Shown: positions 8,023 through 16,997 of the stretch, one piece after another | Layout: every line of letters starts with the position of its first letter | Position numbering within the stretch: position 1 is the stretch's first letter | NCBI RefSeq assembly: GCF_003231495.1 | Contig: NZ_PQWO01000013.1 | Location: forward strand, 90,001 to 122,000 | Origin: Acaryochloris thomasi RCC1774 | GTDB taxonomy: Bacteria; Cyanobacteriota; Cyanobacteriia; Thermosynechococcales; Thermosynechococcaceae | Reading direction: 5' to 3' | Length of the DNA stretch: 32,000 bases | Translations under genes and position numbers: made by a program | The notes under the pieces: generated by a model | Seen by the model: the letters and a program-made list of their open reading frames with translations, nothing else | Databases searched by the model: none | Told to the model about the DNA's origin: nothing

Positions 8023-11000
8023 TTACGCACCCGTCTGAACCAGGCGATGAAGCGTTTCCAGCAGTTCTTGCTCCCGGAACGGCTTGGAGAAATAGTCCGT
8101 TGCACCGAGGGTCATTGCCAAGTTCCGGTGCTTATCGCCACTACGAGACGTGAGCATCACTACCGGAATCTGCTTGAGATCCGGCTGTGACTTGACATGG
8201 GCCAGAAAACCAAAGCCGTCTAGCCGAGGCATTTCAACATCAGAGACGACGGCTTGAACTCGGAGACCTGCCTGCAGTTTTTCCAGGGCATGCTGACCAT
8301 CCTTCGCTTGTTCGACGCGGAAGCCGGCCTTCTCAAGGGTGAGTGCCAAGAACCGCCGAACGTTGATGGAATCATCCACGATCATAATCTGGGGCTGAGT
8401 GTTGCTGAACTCAGGTGCTTCAGGAGAAAGGTTATCTCTAGAAATGGTAGGCATGGCAGAGCCACTGGCCTGCTGGTCCTCAATCCAAGTGAGCAGTCCC
8501 ACAGCATCCATGAGCGGGACGATGCGGCCATCACCTAAAATCGTACAGCCAGCAAATCCAGTAGGCAATGGAATTTCACCCTCCACCTGTCGGACCGTCA
8601 CTTCCTGCTCACCCCAATACCGGTCAACTGTCATAGCGACGAGGTCGTCTCCTTTATTGAGCATCAGCACCATCGGCGCATTGATGAGAGGAGCCTCTTC
8701 CGTATCCGGCTGTCTGGGCGGGGTAGGAAAGCTAAGCCACTGTTCTAGTTTCATCATCGGGATGACCGTGTCATTCCACCGAATTGCGCCCTGGTCGATG
8801 TGGGCAAGAACTTGCTTGGGGTCGAGGAGGGTAATTTCTTCAACGGAATCAGTGGGGAAAGCCAGCAACATATTGGCACTTTCCACTAGCAAAACCCGGA
8901 CAACGGATAATGTGTAGGGCACAGAGAGAGTAAAGGTGGTGCCAATACCAGCCTCTGTGTTCACCGAAATCGCACCTCTAACATTTTGCAGATTGGTTCG
9001 CACCACATCCATACCCACGCCTCGACCAGAAAGGTCTGTGACCTGTCCTGCGGTGCTGAAGCCTGGCTCGAAAATGAGATCTAACAGATCACTTTTAGAG
9101 GCAGCATCGAGGGTCTCTTGGTCAATACCAAGCTGCATGGCTCGTGCCTGAACCTTATCGAGGTTAATGCCTGCGCCATTGTCGCTAATTGTGATTAGGG
9201 TTTGGTTGCCTCGATAGGTCGCCTGAACCTTGATCACACCCTGAGGATCTTTACCTTGGGCAATGCGGGTTTCTGAATCTTCGATCCCATGGTCAAAGGA
9301 GTTGCGAATCAGGTGCATTAACGGATCGTTTAGAGCTTCTAGAATGGAGCGATCAACCAGTGTTGAACCACCGATCACCTCTAAGGTGACATCCTTGCCA
9401 TGCTGAAGAGAAAGATCCCGCAACATGCGAGGAAAGCGACCCAAGATATCAGACAGTGGACGCATGCGAACCTGAGTCACGCTGGTCTGCAGTTCTTTGG
9501 ATGTGACGGTCAGAGCTCTTGCGGTCTGATCCGCTTCGTTGAGGTTGGTGTTGATATCATTTGTGACCTCTCGAATCTGAACCGCAGTTTCCATCAACTC
9601 TTGAGAGAGCAGGTGGAGGCCGCTATATCGATCCATTTCTAAGAGGTCGAAATCCGCCAAGCTGGTGAGAGCAAGGTCAGAGTTTGGGCTACTGGCTCCA
9701 GAAGCTGCGGCTACCAGTTTGGGTGCACTTTGAGTTGAAGCGTGGTCGTAGGTTGATCTAAGTCGGAAATTAGCCTGATCTAAAGCCTGAACTCTCTGCC
9801 CCATCAGCCCCATCAGCTCACGGATCTTATGCAGCTGTAGTTTCAGACCATTACGTTCGATAATCAGTTCACCAAAGAGTTCACTCAACTGGCTCAATTG
9901 GCTAACAGGAACTCGGATGGTTCGCTCAGGGGCCGCCTGTTCTTGAGCTGGCTCAAAGGCTTTTGCAGAATCGCGCTTTTTCTGTTGTTGGACTGCTGCA
10001 ATTGGCTCTACAGCTGGCTCAGCCGTGGGTATACTGATATCTTCTTCTGCTTCTGAAGTTGTGAGGACAAAGTCCTCAAGTTCAGAGAATGCTTCTACGG
10101 CTTCATCTTCCGATGGCTCAGGAAGTAAGTTGTCCCATTCAGTCTCAGCATTGAGCTGTACTGGTTCTGTGGCTTCAGGAATAAACGATTCTAGATCTGC
10201 TGCATCTGGGAACAAGCTCTCTGAAGAGAATAAGCCCAGGTCGGCAGTGTCAAGATCATGAGCTGGAGCAGGGATAGGCGCATCGGCTTCTTGCTGATCA
10301 GCTGGGACGACGGTGGGGGATAAGCCGAGATCAAGAGCAGAAGGGATAGCTGATTTTTGCCCAATCAGGACCATGGCTTGCGATCGCTTCCATTCCTGAA
10401 GAGCGGCGTGAGCAACCTCGACTTGAGCGTTACCCTCAGCGGCTTCTAGATGATCAACAACCGATTGGCAGAGATCAACAAAAGCCTGCATGTCCAGCAT
10501 CTCTCCCAGGCCACCGAGTTCCTGAGCTGCGATATCAAATTCTTCTGCCAGACAGGCGGGATTTTCTTGATTCAACAGCTCTTCCAGCCGCTCAAGTGTT
10601 GCCCCGACCTCACTTTCAAACAGCATGACAGCCATATCTTGCCCACCTTCATCTTCAGCTAGCAAGCTAGCTTCATCTTCAGGTTGCGGGTCGCCGAGTC
10701 GCTCATGCAGCTGATCAAAGGTCGGTGAAACATGGGCCGTTAGCCATTCTTCTTCAATGGATTGCCCTTGACGATTAATGGCAATAATCTGGTTGAGCAA
10801 GTCAATACTCTTCAGGAGTAACTGTTCCAGCTCGCCATCCGTGAGTTCAGCTTTACCCACCTTTAAGACTTTGAAAAAGTCTTCCATGCGGTGAGCAATG
10901 TGGCTGAGGGTGGTAAACCCCATCATCGCTGCTCCACCTTTGATGGAGTGAGCTGCACGGAGAATGCCGTCGAAGGTTTGACGGTTGACACCATCGGTTC

Positions 11001-11094
11001 CGAGACCCATAATGCCGGTCTCAATGGTGTTTAGATGTTCTCGCGCTTCCTCTAAAAACTGGAGGCGTACTTCTTGTTCGCTATCCTGGGGCAT
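8023..11094 (-). CDS. Hybrid CheA-type histidine kinase (Hpt - acidic linker - dimerisation - HATPase - CheW - receiver), PilL/HmpE/PixL-like
   Basis: 1023 aa. It has an Hpt motif (AAHSIKGGAAMMGF), HATPase N/G boxes (LMHLIRNSFDHGIE, DNGAGI, GRGVGMDVV), a CheW-like segment, and a C-terminal REC (IMIVDDS...SDVEMP...SKPF). Confidence 0.9.
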   Translation of the reverse strand: MPQDSEQEVRLQFLEEAREHLNTIETGIMGLGTDGVNRQTFDGILRAAHSIKGGAAMMGFTTLSHIAHRMEDFFKVLKVGKAELTDGELEQLLLKSIDLLNQIIAINRQGQSIEEEWLTAHVSPTFDQLHERLGDPQPEDEASLLAEDEGGQDMAVMLFESEVGATLERLEELLNQENPACLAEEFDIAAQELGGLGEMLDMQAFVDLCQSVVDHLEAAEGNAQVEVAHAALQEWKRSQAMVLIGQKSAIPSALDLGLSPTVVPADQQEADAPIPAPAHDLDTADLGLFSSESLFPDAADLESFIPEATEPVQLNAETEWDNLLPEPSEDEAVEAFSELEDFVLTTSEAEEDISIPTAEPAVEPIAAVQQQKKRDSAKAFEPAQEQAAPERTIRVPVSQLSQLSELFGELIIERNGLKLQLHKIRELMGLMGQRVQALDQANFRLRSTYDHASTQSAPKLVAAASGASSPNSDLALTSLADFDLLEMDRYSGLHLLSQELMETAVQIREVTNDINTNLNEADQTARALTVTSKELQTSVTQVRMRPLSDILGRFPRMLRDLSLQHGKDVTLEVIGGSTLVDRSILEALNDPLMHLIRNSFDHGIEDSETRIAQGKDPQGVIKVQATYRGNQTLITISDNGAGINLDKVQARAMQLGIDQETLDAASKSDLLDLIFEPGFSTAGQVTDLSGRGVGMDVVRTNLQNVRGAISVNTEAGIGTTFTLSVPYTLSVVRVLLVESANMLLAFPTDSVEEITLLDPKQVLAHIDQGAIRWNDTVIPMMKLEQWLSFPTPPRQPDTEEAPLINAPMVLMLNKGDDLVAMTVDRYWGEQEVTVRQVEGEIPLPTGFAGCTILGDGRIVPLMDAVGLLTWIEDQQASGSAMPTISRDNLSPEAPEFSNTQPQIMIVDDSINVRRFLALTLEKAGFRVEQAKDGQHALEKLQAGLRVQAVVSDVEMPRLDGFGFLAHVKSQPDLKQIPVVMLTSRSGDKHRNLAMTLGATDYFSKPFREQELLETLHRLVQTGA

Positions 11095-11165
11095 GGTTAA
11101 TCTCTGGGTCCCAATCTTGATCTTTGATATATACGGGTGTTCCGCAGCGGCATCTTGCCAGTGAC

Positions 11166-11483
11166 TCAGTAGAGCGCCAGCAGACTGTCTTCCTGGTGCG
11201 TTTGAATAACACAGTTAGACTGTGGGTAAGCGCGACAAGTCAAAACGAAGCCTGCTTCTAGTTCATCCGGCTTCAGGAAGTTATGCTCTTGATCAACATC
11301 GCCCTCAAGGATCTTGCCTGCGCAGGTGACACATACACCTGCGCAGCAAGAGACAGGGATATCGACGTTCTGAGCCACGGCTGCATCATAGATATATTCA
11401 TCCTCGCGAACTTGAATGGTGGTATTTAAACCCTCCGTTTCGTTCACTAAAGTGATGCTATAAATCTCGCCGTTGCCTGACAT
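11166..11483 (-). CDS. Plant-type [2Fe-2S] ferredoxin paralog
   Basis: 105 aa that aligns by eye along its whole length to PetF. YSITLVNETEGLNTTI matches YKVTLINEAEGIN. All four cluster cysteines are present (SCCAGVCVTCAGK ... LTCRAYP), as is the C-terminal IQTHQE. Confidence 0.9.
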   Translation of the reverse strand: MSGNGEIYSITLVNETEGLNTTIQVREDEYIYDAAVAQNVDIPVSCCAGVCVTCAGKILEGDVDQEHNFLKPDELEAGFVLTCRAYPQSNCVIQTHQEDSLLALY

Positions 11484-11531
11484 GGATGCTTCCTTTTCTT
11501 CCTTAATGTGTGATTTTCAGTGGATTGAATC

Positions 11532-13670
11532 TTAGGCTTCAACTTTAAAGCTGTCTACAGAAGCCTTAAGCTGTTTTGCAACGCTCACTGTTCCCTCTAG
11601 AGAACTTGCAACTTTGGTAGATGCAGTTGAGGTATTTGCAGAGACTTTAGCCACCTCTTTCATCAAATTCGTCACCATCTCAGAGGTTTGAGTCTGGGAT
11701 GCTGTGGAGTCTGAGATGGCCTGTACCAAGTGATCAATCTGTCGAGACACTTCAATAATCTGCCCTAGACTTTGCTTCGCAGCTTCAACTTGACCTGTAC
11801 CGGCGACCACCTGGGCTGTACCCACTTCCATGGCATTGACCACTTCACTGGTTTCCATTTGAATCGTGTCTACAATTTGCTCAATCTCTTTGGTCGCAGC
11901 AGCAGACTGGGCCGCCAAAGCACCGACTTCTTCCGCAACCACTGCGAAGCCCCGACCTTCTTCACCGGCACGAGCGGCCTCAATACTAGCGTTGATGGCG
12001 AGCAAGTTGGTCTGTAGTGCAATTTGGTTAATGAGCGAGACTGCTTTAGAAATCTGCTGTGAGGATTCACCCAAGCGCTTCACCTTCTTGGCTGTTCCGG
12101 CAACGGTTTCTCGCAGTTCCACAATGGTTTGTACGGTGAGGTCCATCGCTTCTCCACCCGCTTCTGCGTTAGAAGAGGCAGAGCGAACAACGTCAGCTGT
12201 TTGTTGAGCGTTAACGGATACTTCTTGAATAGATTGGGCCATTTGCTCAACAAAGGTGAGCATTCGCTGAATTTTTTGCGCCTGTTTGCGGGATTGTTCA
12301 GCCAGTTCACCCATCGCTTCCTCATCTTCGACCAAAGCTGAGTTAACCTGGGTAGTTGAGTCTTTCACCTGGGTTACAACGTCGCGCATGCTCTCCACAA
12401 TAGAGTTGAAGAAGTCAGCAACAACCCCAACTTGTCCTTCAGTGGTGTCAGCACGAACCGTTAAGTTGCCATCAGAGGCTTCTTCTACTTCTGACAGAAG
12501 CTGGAATAAGTCGTACTGAAGTGTTGTATTTTGTTGTTTTTGTTCTTCGACTACTGCTTCAGCTTGTTGACTAGCGAGAGCAAATTTCTTGGCTTCTTCG
12601 GCTAATGCTTTTTCTGACCTTGAAATATCCTCGACTAAAAGGTTAAAGCTGCTAGCGAGCTCGCCCACTTCATCAGTAGAGAAAATCTTGGCTCGAGCAT
12701 TACGATCTCCTTCTGAAAACTTTCGCGTAACCTGCTGTAGATCAGTAATTGGTTCTAGCAGAGAGCGAGCAATCAAAAGGGCAAGGCCAACGTTGAGGGC
12801 CATTAATAAAAGTCCCAGAGGTAGCTGAAGAGTTAAGCTTCGCTGCAATACATTGCTAATGCTGGCCTGGGATAATCCTCTAAGAACCACAGTATTTTGC
12901 CCAGGCACTCTAACCACGCCTTGCCCAGCCATTCTAACCGCGCCAACGTTGTAGGATTGACCATCTAGCGAAATCTTAGCTGTTGCAACTTCTCCTGAAA
13001 CGGCTACAGCTTTTTGAATTAAAGAAATGCTGGACTTTTCAAGCTGTTTCTTCATTTCAGGCTCTAGGGGTTGTCCTTCGAGTGCTGCGGATATAACTCT
13101 AAAACTACCATCACCCTGTTGCTTCAAGATTGCGCTGAAACCGTCGGGAAATGCGTTAAGGGTTGTAGCAATCGCAGGTAGATCATTTTTGGCGTTGTCT
13201 CCTTCAACAAGAGAAAGGATGGTGCTTGATTCAGTTTCAGTCTGCTCGATTTGCTTCGTTTGCAGTGTACTGTTGAAAACACTTCCGCCCGCTACGATTA
13301 AGATACCGAGAGAGACGATCGAAGCACCCGTCGCGAACAGTTGCTTACGCTTAATAGGTAGCTGAAAAAATCTTTGACTGTAAGAGGTTGCAGAGTCGCC
13401 AGATGAACCGCCACGATAGGTTAGGCCGCTGGTTATCGCAGCAGATTTCTGCTTGTCTGAGTTAATTTCCCGTTCTGCACTTGTATCAGAGATTTCTACT
13501 TCCTCTGCCTCATTTTTGTCAGAGAAGGCTTCAAGCTCTGAAACCGAAATCAACGTCTCTTGGCCATCAACATCAGTGGAGAAACTATCAGGAGACTGGC
13601 TTGATTCGAGCAGAGTATCTTGCTGATTTGTCTCTTCAGAGACAGAAGGGGGATTGAGCTGGTCATGCAT
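11532..13670 (-). CDS. Methyl-accepting chemotaxis protein (two TM segments, HAMP, MCP signalling domain)
   Basis: 712 aa. It has the highly conserved hairpin tip [33 protein letters not shown]. The two hydrophobic segments lie at about aa 112-134 and 283-301, followed by a HAMP-like region. Confidence 0.9.
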   Translation of the reverse strand: MHDQLNPPSVSEETNQQDTLLESSQSPDSFSTDVDGQETLISVSELEAFSDKNEAEEVEISDTSAEREINSDKQKSAAITSGLTYRGGSSGDSATSYSQRFFQLPIKRKQLFATGASIVSLGILIVAGGSVFNSTLQTKQIEQTETESSTILSLVEGDNAKNDLPAIATTLNAFPDGFSAILKQQGDGSFRVISAALEGQPLEPEMKKQLEKSSISLIQKAVAVSGEVATAKISLDGQSYNVGAVRMAGQGVVRVPGQNTVVLRGLSQASISNVLQRSLTLQLPLGLLLMALNVGLALLIARSLLEPITDLQQVTRKFSEGDRNARAKIFSTDEVGELASSFNLLVEDISRSEKALAEEAKKFALASQQAEAVVEEQKQQNTTLQYDLFQLLSEVEEASDGNLTVRADTTEGQVGVVADFFNSIVESMRDVVTQVKDSTTQVNSALVEDEEAMGELAEQSRKQAQKIQRMLTFVEQMAQSIQEVSVNAQQTADVVRSASSNAEAGGEAMDLTVQTIVELRETVAGTAKKVKRLGESSQQISKAVSLINQIALQTNLLAINASIEAARAGEEGRGFAVVAEEVGALAAQSAAATKEIEQIVDTIQMETSEVVNAMEVGTAQVVAGTGQVEAAKQSLGQIIEVSRQIDHLVQAISDSTASQTQTSEMVTNLMKEVAKVSANTSTASTKVASSLEGTVSVAKQLKASVDSFKVEA

Positions 13671-13717
13671 GGGAAACTACCTCAAAAAATGCAATGCGGA
13701 CAAAATTCGAAAGAATA

Positions 13718-14218
13718 TTAAAAATTGGGAGTAGACACTGCCGCCTTGATAATGGCCTCAGGATCGAGAACTAATAAGATGTCTTGCTGCTGAGGAATAC
13801 ATCCCCGCAGGAAAGGAACCATTGCCGGAGCAACAGCACCGACAGGTGACCGCACTGCTGCGGCTGAAAAACGTCTAACGCCTTCCACTTCAGGGACGAC
13901 AAGCCCTAGAGGGCGATTACCAACACGAACCAATATGATGTTGTACTGCTGCACATTGGTACGATAGGCCGACAATCCCAGAACCTGTGATAAATCAACA
14001 ACCCAAAAAACACGGCTGCGACGATTGAGCAAACCCAGAACAGCAGCAGGCATATTAGGGATAGGGGTCAAGGTATCCGCTGCAACCACCAATGCTTCTT
14101 GGGCGTGCTCCATGGGCAGAGTTGCCAAAACATTCTGCGTTAGCTGCAGCTGCAGATACGGTTCACCCAGTGCCTCTTTGAGAGAAGTTGGCTGAGGGGA
14201 AATGTCGATGCTGTTCAT
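13718..14218 (-). CDS. CheW-like coupling protein (PilI/HmpC/PixI-like)
   Basis: 166 aa with a CheW pattern (YLQLQL...LATLPMEHAQEAL...LGLVVPEVEGV...LLVLDPEAI). It lies 4 nt after the CheY gene stop. Confidence 0.8.
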   Translation of the reverse strand: MNSIDISPQPTSLKEALGEPYLQLQLTQNVLATLPMEHAQEALVVAADTLTPIPNMPAAVLGLLNRRSRVFWVVDLSQVLGLSAYRTNVQQYNIILVRVGNRPLGLVVPEVEGVRRFSAAAVRSPVGAVAPAMVPFLRGCIPQQQDILLVLDPEAIIKAAVSTPNF

Positions 14219-14222
14219 TGTC

Positions 14223-14585
14223 TTAAGCCACCACAGACCGAACAGCTTTTAGTAAGTCTTCGCGGCCGAAGGGCTTAGTAATAAAGACATCAGCGCCCTG
14301 CTTCATGCCCCAAAGTCGATCTAACTCTTGATTTTTTGAAGTACAAATAACGACGGGCAACGATCGAGTTTCTTCGTTCTTCTTGATGCTTCGGCATAGT
14401 TCAAAGCCACTCATTCCTGGCATTACAACATCGGTAACAACCACATCAGGCTTTTGAGAAATTGCCTTATTGAGCGCTTCTTTTGCATCTGTTGCACTGA
14501 TCACAGAGTAACCTTCAGCTCGAAGGTAGCCCATGATTAATTCTAGGATGGATAGATCGTCGTCTACCACTAATACGGTTCGCAT
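14223..14585 (-). CDS. Single-domain CheY-like response regulator (PilH/HmpB/PixH-like)
   Basis: 120 aa with VLVVDDD, a phospho-acceptor context VVVTDVVMPGMSG, and a conserved T/K (CTSK, ITKPF). Confidence 0.9.
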   Translation of the reverse strand: MRTVLVVDDDLSILELIMGYLRAEGYSVISATDAKEALNKAISQKPDVVVTDVVMPGMSGFELCRSIKKNEETRSLPVVICTSKNQELDRLWGMKQGADVFITKPFGREDLLKAVRSVVA

Positions 14586-14688
14586 AGCTAGAGTCCTTAA
14601 GGTTCACTTAGAAAAAGTGATGAATTCAGATACATTTCCTACTAATTTAGGGTACCCATTCATCGGTGTAATAAATCTTGAAATCCAA

Positions 14689-15915
14689 TTAAGTCAAGTG
14701 TCTAAAAACCATGTTTAAAAGATCGGGCTGGGTAAAGGGTTTTGTCATATAGTCAGTGGCACCTGAAACTTTTGCTTTTGCCCGATCGATTAAACCTGTA
14801 TTGCCGGTTACCATCACCACTGGTGTGTTCTTGAATCGAGAGTTCTTGCGAATTAAACGGCACAATTCATAGCCATCAACCCAAGGCATACCAACGTCCA
14901 GCAAGATCAAGTCGGGCTTGGCCCGAATGATTTGAACAAGGGCTTTTACGGGATCATCAATCATGACCACAGATACGTCTTGTCCCTGTAGGTAACGATT
15001 AATCGTATTCAAGATAGAGGGGCTATCGTCGATACAGGCAATCGTATGTTGCTTCTGAGCGACGGAAATTTTTTCTAAATTATTGAGCTGTGAGTTTGGC
15101 TGAGGCTGTCTCACTGCGGCTGGGTTAGTGGCCTGCCCATCAAACTTAGGGAGCTGATTGAAGGGGGCTGCCGGGTCGCTCAAGACAACAACCTTGTCCT
15201 GAATCAGTGGATGTAGGTTTTGAGCCAATTTCAGCTCATCAAGGTTGAGAAGAACGCCCAGATGTCGAAAGCTAAAGCCCCTAAGAATTTTCTGGAGCTT
15301 TTGAATTTGGGCTGCCGCATACTTTTGATGAGCGCCACTTTGAGGGGCTAACTTAGGGCATTGATAGGGAGAGGTGATGGCTGGAGACAACGCTTGCCAT
15401 GCTTGATTACGCTCATTGGCTTTCGTGAGTACTGCCGAGAGGTCAAGACGACAGTAAATGGGCAGTTCGCTCGTTTTTGGTTTGAGAGTATAACGTGCTT
15501 TGTTAAGGCGTAGGTACGATTCCAGAACCTCTACAGCAACGGTAGAAATTAAGGTTGCAGCATCTGATGCAGAAAGATTCTTGGTGAGGACGAGCCAGGA
15601 AATAGCTTGGTAGTCGGGGCGAAGTTTTGTCTCTGAAGCGGTCTCCGCTGCAAAGTTAATGCGAACTTGGGTGCGGATGTCACTAGTAATTCCTTGAACG
15701 TCACGGCTCAACTTGCGAAGATGATTATCTAGCAAGTCAATAGGTTCGATGGAATAGGTGGCATAAATAAGCTGGCCTTGTTCAAAGTAAAGGTACCAGG
15801 TGACGGAGTTAAATGAAACTTCTAAACAACCGTCTTTCTTCTGCTCTGATAGCTGTTTGAGGATATTAACTGCGTCATTTCTTGTTGAAATTTCGCCACT
15901 CACTGCTCGTTTCAT
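14689..15915 (-). CDS. PatA-type response regulator (N-terminal PATAN domain plus C-terminal receiver; PilG/HmpA/PixG-like)
   Basis: The PATAN signature is DGCLEVSFNSVTWYLYFEQGQLIYAT. The C-terminal REC has IACIDDS...LILLDVGMP...MTKPF. The track ORF begins at a TTG (15930). I prefer the in-frame ATG at 15915 (MKRAVSG...). Confidence 0.85.
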   Translation of the reverse strand: MKRAVSGEISTRNDAVNILKQLSEQKKDGCLEVSFNSVTWYLYFEQGQLIYATYSIEPIDLLDNHLRKLSRDVQGITSDIRTQVRINFAAETASETKLRPDYQAISWLVLTKNLSASDAATLISTVAVEVLESYLRLNKARYTLKPKTSELPIYCRLDLSAVLTKANERNQAWQALSPAITSPYQCPKLAPQSGAHQKYAAAQIQKLQKILRGFSFRHLGVLLNLDELKLAQNLHPLIQDKVVVLSDPAAPFNQLPKFDGQATNPAAVRQPQPNSQLNNLEKISVAQKQHTIACIDDSPSILNTINRYLQGQDVSVVMIDDPVKALVQIIRAKPDLILLDVGMPWVDGYELCRLIRKNSRFKNTPVVMVTGNTGLIDRAKAKVSGATDYMTKPFTQPDLLNMVFRHLT

Positions 15916-15957
15916 CGGGAGGTCCTTCAAAGACTAATCACACAATATGATTCCTAG

Positions 15958-16008
15958 ATGCTGCTGTTACAGGTCTGGAATCCTTAAATCAAATCAATGC
16001 TGCTGTTA
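15958..16008. promoter_or_regulatory. Two exact copies of ATGCTGCTGTTA, 39 bp apart, upstream of the chemosensory operon
   Basis: Copies are at 15958-15969 and 15997-16008. They lie in the 240-bp divergent intergenic region between the PatA-type regulator gene and ybjQ. Function unknown. Confidence 0.35.
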
Positions 16009-16037
16009 TTGAGTATTCCCAAGGCTTATGTCCAGTG

Positions 16038-16130
16038 ATCATGCAGGAGAAATCTCCGTTTTTCTACGGATCTGGACCTGTTACATTTCTCTGCATGATG
16101 AGGTTTATTTATCCCTGTCCTGCATGATGA
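16038..16130. promoter_or_regulatory. Three copies of CTGCATGAT (two direct as CTGCATGATGA, one inverted) in the same intergenic region
   Basis: Direct copies are at 16091-16101 and 16120-16130, 29 bp apart. The inverted copy ATCATGCAG is at 16038-16046. This is a candidate operator array with unknown function. Confidence 0.35.
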
Positions 16131-16155
16131 AGAAAGTTTATTGGGGAGTATTGAG

Positions 16156-16482
16156 ATGATTGTGACAACAACGGATATTCTGCAGGGCGCTAATGTGACG
16201 AGCTATCTGGGGATTGTGACGGCTGAAGTGGTGTATGGCAGTAACGCTATTCGAGATTTCTTCGCAGGGATTCGAGATATTGTGGGAGGGCGGACTGGTA
16301 GCTACGAACGGGTATTCGAACGAGGGCAGAAGGATGCCATTGCCGAGCTGGAAAAGCGTGCTCAGAAGCTGGGGGCGGATGCGGTGATCGGCGTGAGTAT
16401 CGACACGGATACAATTAACCTGGACGATACGGGAGTGCTGTTGTTGATTACCGGGACCGGAACTGCTGTGAAACTTGGCTAA
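16156..16482 (+). CDS. YbjQ/UPF0145 family protein
   Basis: MIVTTTDILQG...YLGIVTAEVVYGSNAIRDFFAGIRDIVGGRTGSYE...AEL...GADAVIGV is the YbjQ_1 pattern. The track start at 16141 is a TTG. The ATG at 16156 gives the canonical N-terminus. Confidence 0.8.
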   Translation: MIVTTTDILQGANVTSYLGIVTAEVVYGSNAIRDFFAGIRDIVGGRTGSYERVFERGQKDAIAELEKRAQKLGADAVIGVSIDTDTINLDDTGVLLLITGTGTAVKLG

Positions 16483-16511
16483 GATCACCTAATCGTTTGT
16501 GCAAAATTCCC

Positions 16512-16997
16512 ATGACTCCAATGATTAAATCTATTCTGTTCACTTTTGCCTGTGTTTCTGGAATGGCAGTATGGATGCCGTCAACGATGGCTGAAGATAT
16601 TGACCATGTTGCTCAGCTTTTAGAGGTTAATGCTTGCCAAGGTTGCGATCTGAGCGGTGCTGACCTGAGCGGTCTGGTGCTAATCAATGCAAATTTGCAG
16701 GGTGCCAATTTGCAGGGTGCCAATTTGCAAAATACCTATCTGATGCTGAGTGATTTGGCTGATGCCAATTTGGAGGATACCAATCTAACGGCTGCTTATC
16801 TCTACGGCGCTGATTTGCAGGGTGCGGCTCTCAAGGGCGCTAATCTAACCCAGGCAACGCTCAGGGATACACAACTACAGGGGGCAACGCTGTGTGAGGC
16901 TGACTTCTCTGGGGCTGACTTCCGGGATGCTGAACTGGAGGTTGATCCCGATGAGGCTTGTCTAGAGCGCCTGCGGGCTGAGAATGCGGTCGAATAG
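16512..16997 (+). CDS. Secreted pentapeptide-repeat protein
   Basis: A signal peptide ([29 protein letters not shown]) is followed by about 20 A(D/N)LxG-type pentapeptides. The alternative TTG start is at 16497. Confidence 0.85.
   Translation: MTPMIKSILFTFACVSGMAVWMPSTMAEDIDHVAQLLEVNACQGCDLSGADLSGLVLINANLQGANLQGANLQNTYLMLSDLADANLEDTNLTAAYLYGADLQGAALKGANLTQATLRDTQLQGATLCEADFSGADFRDAELEVDPDEACLERLRAENAVE
16692..16729 (+). repeat. Perfect 15-bp tandem repeat (2.5 copies of AATTTGCAGGGTGCC) inside the pentapeptide-repeat gene
   Basis: Read directly at 16692-16706, 16707-16721 and 16722-16729. It is in frame and encodes (A)NLQG repeated. Confidence 0.9.

Noticed and set aside
8399-8917. Long ORFs antisense to, or nested inside, strongly supported genes. 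Examples are 3662-4123, 8254-8538, 8399-8917, 11866-12207, 12589-12828, 13027-13365, 16138-16488, 19586-19915, 27106-27423 and 31227-31625.
   Set aside because: Each lies wholly within a gene with clear family motifs on the other strand or frame. Their translations are low-complexity (Ser/Arg/Pro-rich) shadows with no recognisable motifs. They are treated as non-coding.
11532-13670. The idea that the MCP is a PixJ-type phototaxis photoreceptor
   Set aside because: No GAF domains and no Cys-His bilin-attachment motif are visible. The only non-signalling regions are an acidic tail and an inter-TM segment of about 150 aa. It is therefore called a generic PilJ/HmpD-like MCP.
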